A program made the position numbers and the translations under genes. This document shows, in pieces, positions 16,329 through 16,935 of a DNA stretch of 16,935 nt; the stretch's first letter is position 1; each line of letters starts with the position of its first letter. Origin of the DNA: Bdellovibrionia bacterium (GTDB lineage: Bacteria > Bdellovibrionota > UBA1018); contig JBMSSC010000054.1 of NCBI GenBank assembly GCA_049424145.1, positions 1 through 16,935 of the forward strand. The letters are read 5' to 3'. Below the pieces are notes generated by a model. It saw only the letters and a program-made list of their open reading frames with translations, had not been told where the DNA came from and made no database searches.

Positions 16329-16935
16329 ATGCTGCTTTTCAAGTCCTGCTTTTTCTCCTTTTTGTTTCTCCTGAGTTTTCTTTTGAGCCAACCAGCGCTT
16401 GCCTGGTTTAGGATTGAAACCCGTTGTTTTCAGGGAAAGGAGCGAAAAGAAAAACAACCCCTAGTTAAGAAATTAGAAAAAAAGCGCAGATCCGAATCCC
16501 TTTCAAGCGACTCCACCCCTTCACTCCGAAGGACCTCAAGCTCACAAAGCCTCTACAAGCCATCGACCCCCTCCACGGGGACGCCGCCTTCCTTACGAGT
16601 CGATCTCTCGCGCTTTCCTTTCTTTTTTCCTGAACCGCTCTCCTCGGTCACTTCGTCAGCAACTCCTGAGCATCGCTCGAGTGCCTTACTTCGAGCTCTG
16701 CCCCTTCTTGAGCTCTTACCCAAAGACCGAGCCGATTTTTGGGATGATCGCATCACTGATGAACTCATCGAGGAACTTAACTCCTGGCCTGACAATCTCT
16801 CCCTCACTCAACAGCAGGTCCTTGACGCACTGGAGAGCTTTGAAAGCCCTGTATTGATCTTTAAAAAGGCCATCGATGAAGGCGAACACTCAACGGAATT
16901 TCAAATCAAGGCCCGCATCTTTGCTCAGATTGCCC
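16329..16935 (+). CDS. Secreted hypothetical protein, 5' part (runs off the window; not in the ORF track)
   Basis: ATG 16329 is open for 202 codons to the window end: MLLFKSCFFSFLFLLSFLLSQPALA/WFRIETRCFQGKERKEKQPLVKKLEKKRRSESLSSDSTPSLRRTSSSQSLYKPSTPSTGTPPSLRVDLSRF...WDDRITDELIEELNSWPDNL...FQIKARIFAQIA. Hydrophobic leader ending in ALA. Confidence 0.75.
   Translation, partial: MLLFKSCFFSFLFLLSFLLSQPALAWFRIETRCFQGKERKEKQPLVKKLEKKRRSESLSSDSTPSLRRTSSSQSLYKPSTPSTGTPPSLRVDLSRFPFFFPEPLSSVTSSATPEHRSSALLRALPLLELLPKDRADFWDDRITDELIEELNSWPDNLSLTQQQVLDALESFESPVLIFKKAIDEGEHSTEFQIKARIFAQIA

Noticed and set aside
16040..16807. ORFs 16040-16411, 16221-16457 and 16553-16807
   Set aside because: They are shadows of the gmhA-like gene and of the plus-strand secreted protein starting at 16329.

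Overview
Bacterial chromosomal window of moderate GC, mostly metabolic genes. No tRNA, rRNA, CRISPR array or transposase was seen. Left to right: (1) a tightly coupled minus-strand galactose operon, galT - M24/creatinase-fold protein lacking most metal ligands - galK - Na+/sugar symporter - small two-helix membrane protein (runs off the left edge); (2) an APC amino-acid permease; (3) a divergent fadBA beta-oxidation operon with a clear terminator; (4) a minus-strand block of exported redoxin, exported Cys-Cys/beta-barrel-like protein, GST and a frameshifted plsC-like acyltransferase with its own apparently leaderless promoter; (5) about 840 bp without a convincing CDS; (6) a heptose-precursor cluster that appears to be decaying (transaldolase, gmhB pseudogene, gmhA-like); (7) the start of a secreted protein of unknown function. 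The best candidate for new biology is the metal-ligand-free M24-fold enzyme embedded between galT and galK. Family assignments come from motifs recognised by eye; no searches were run.
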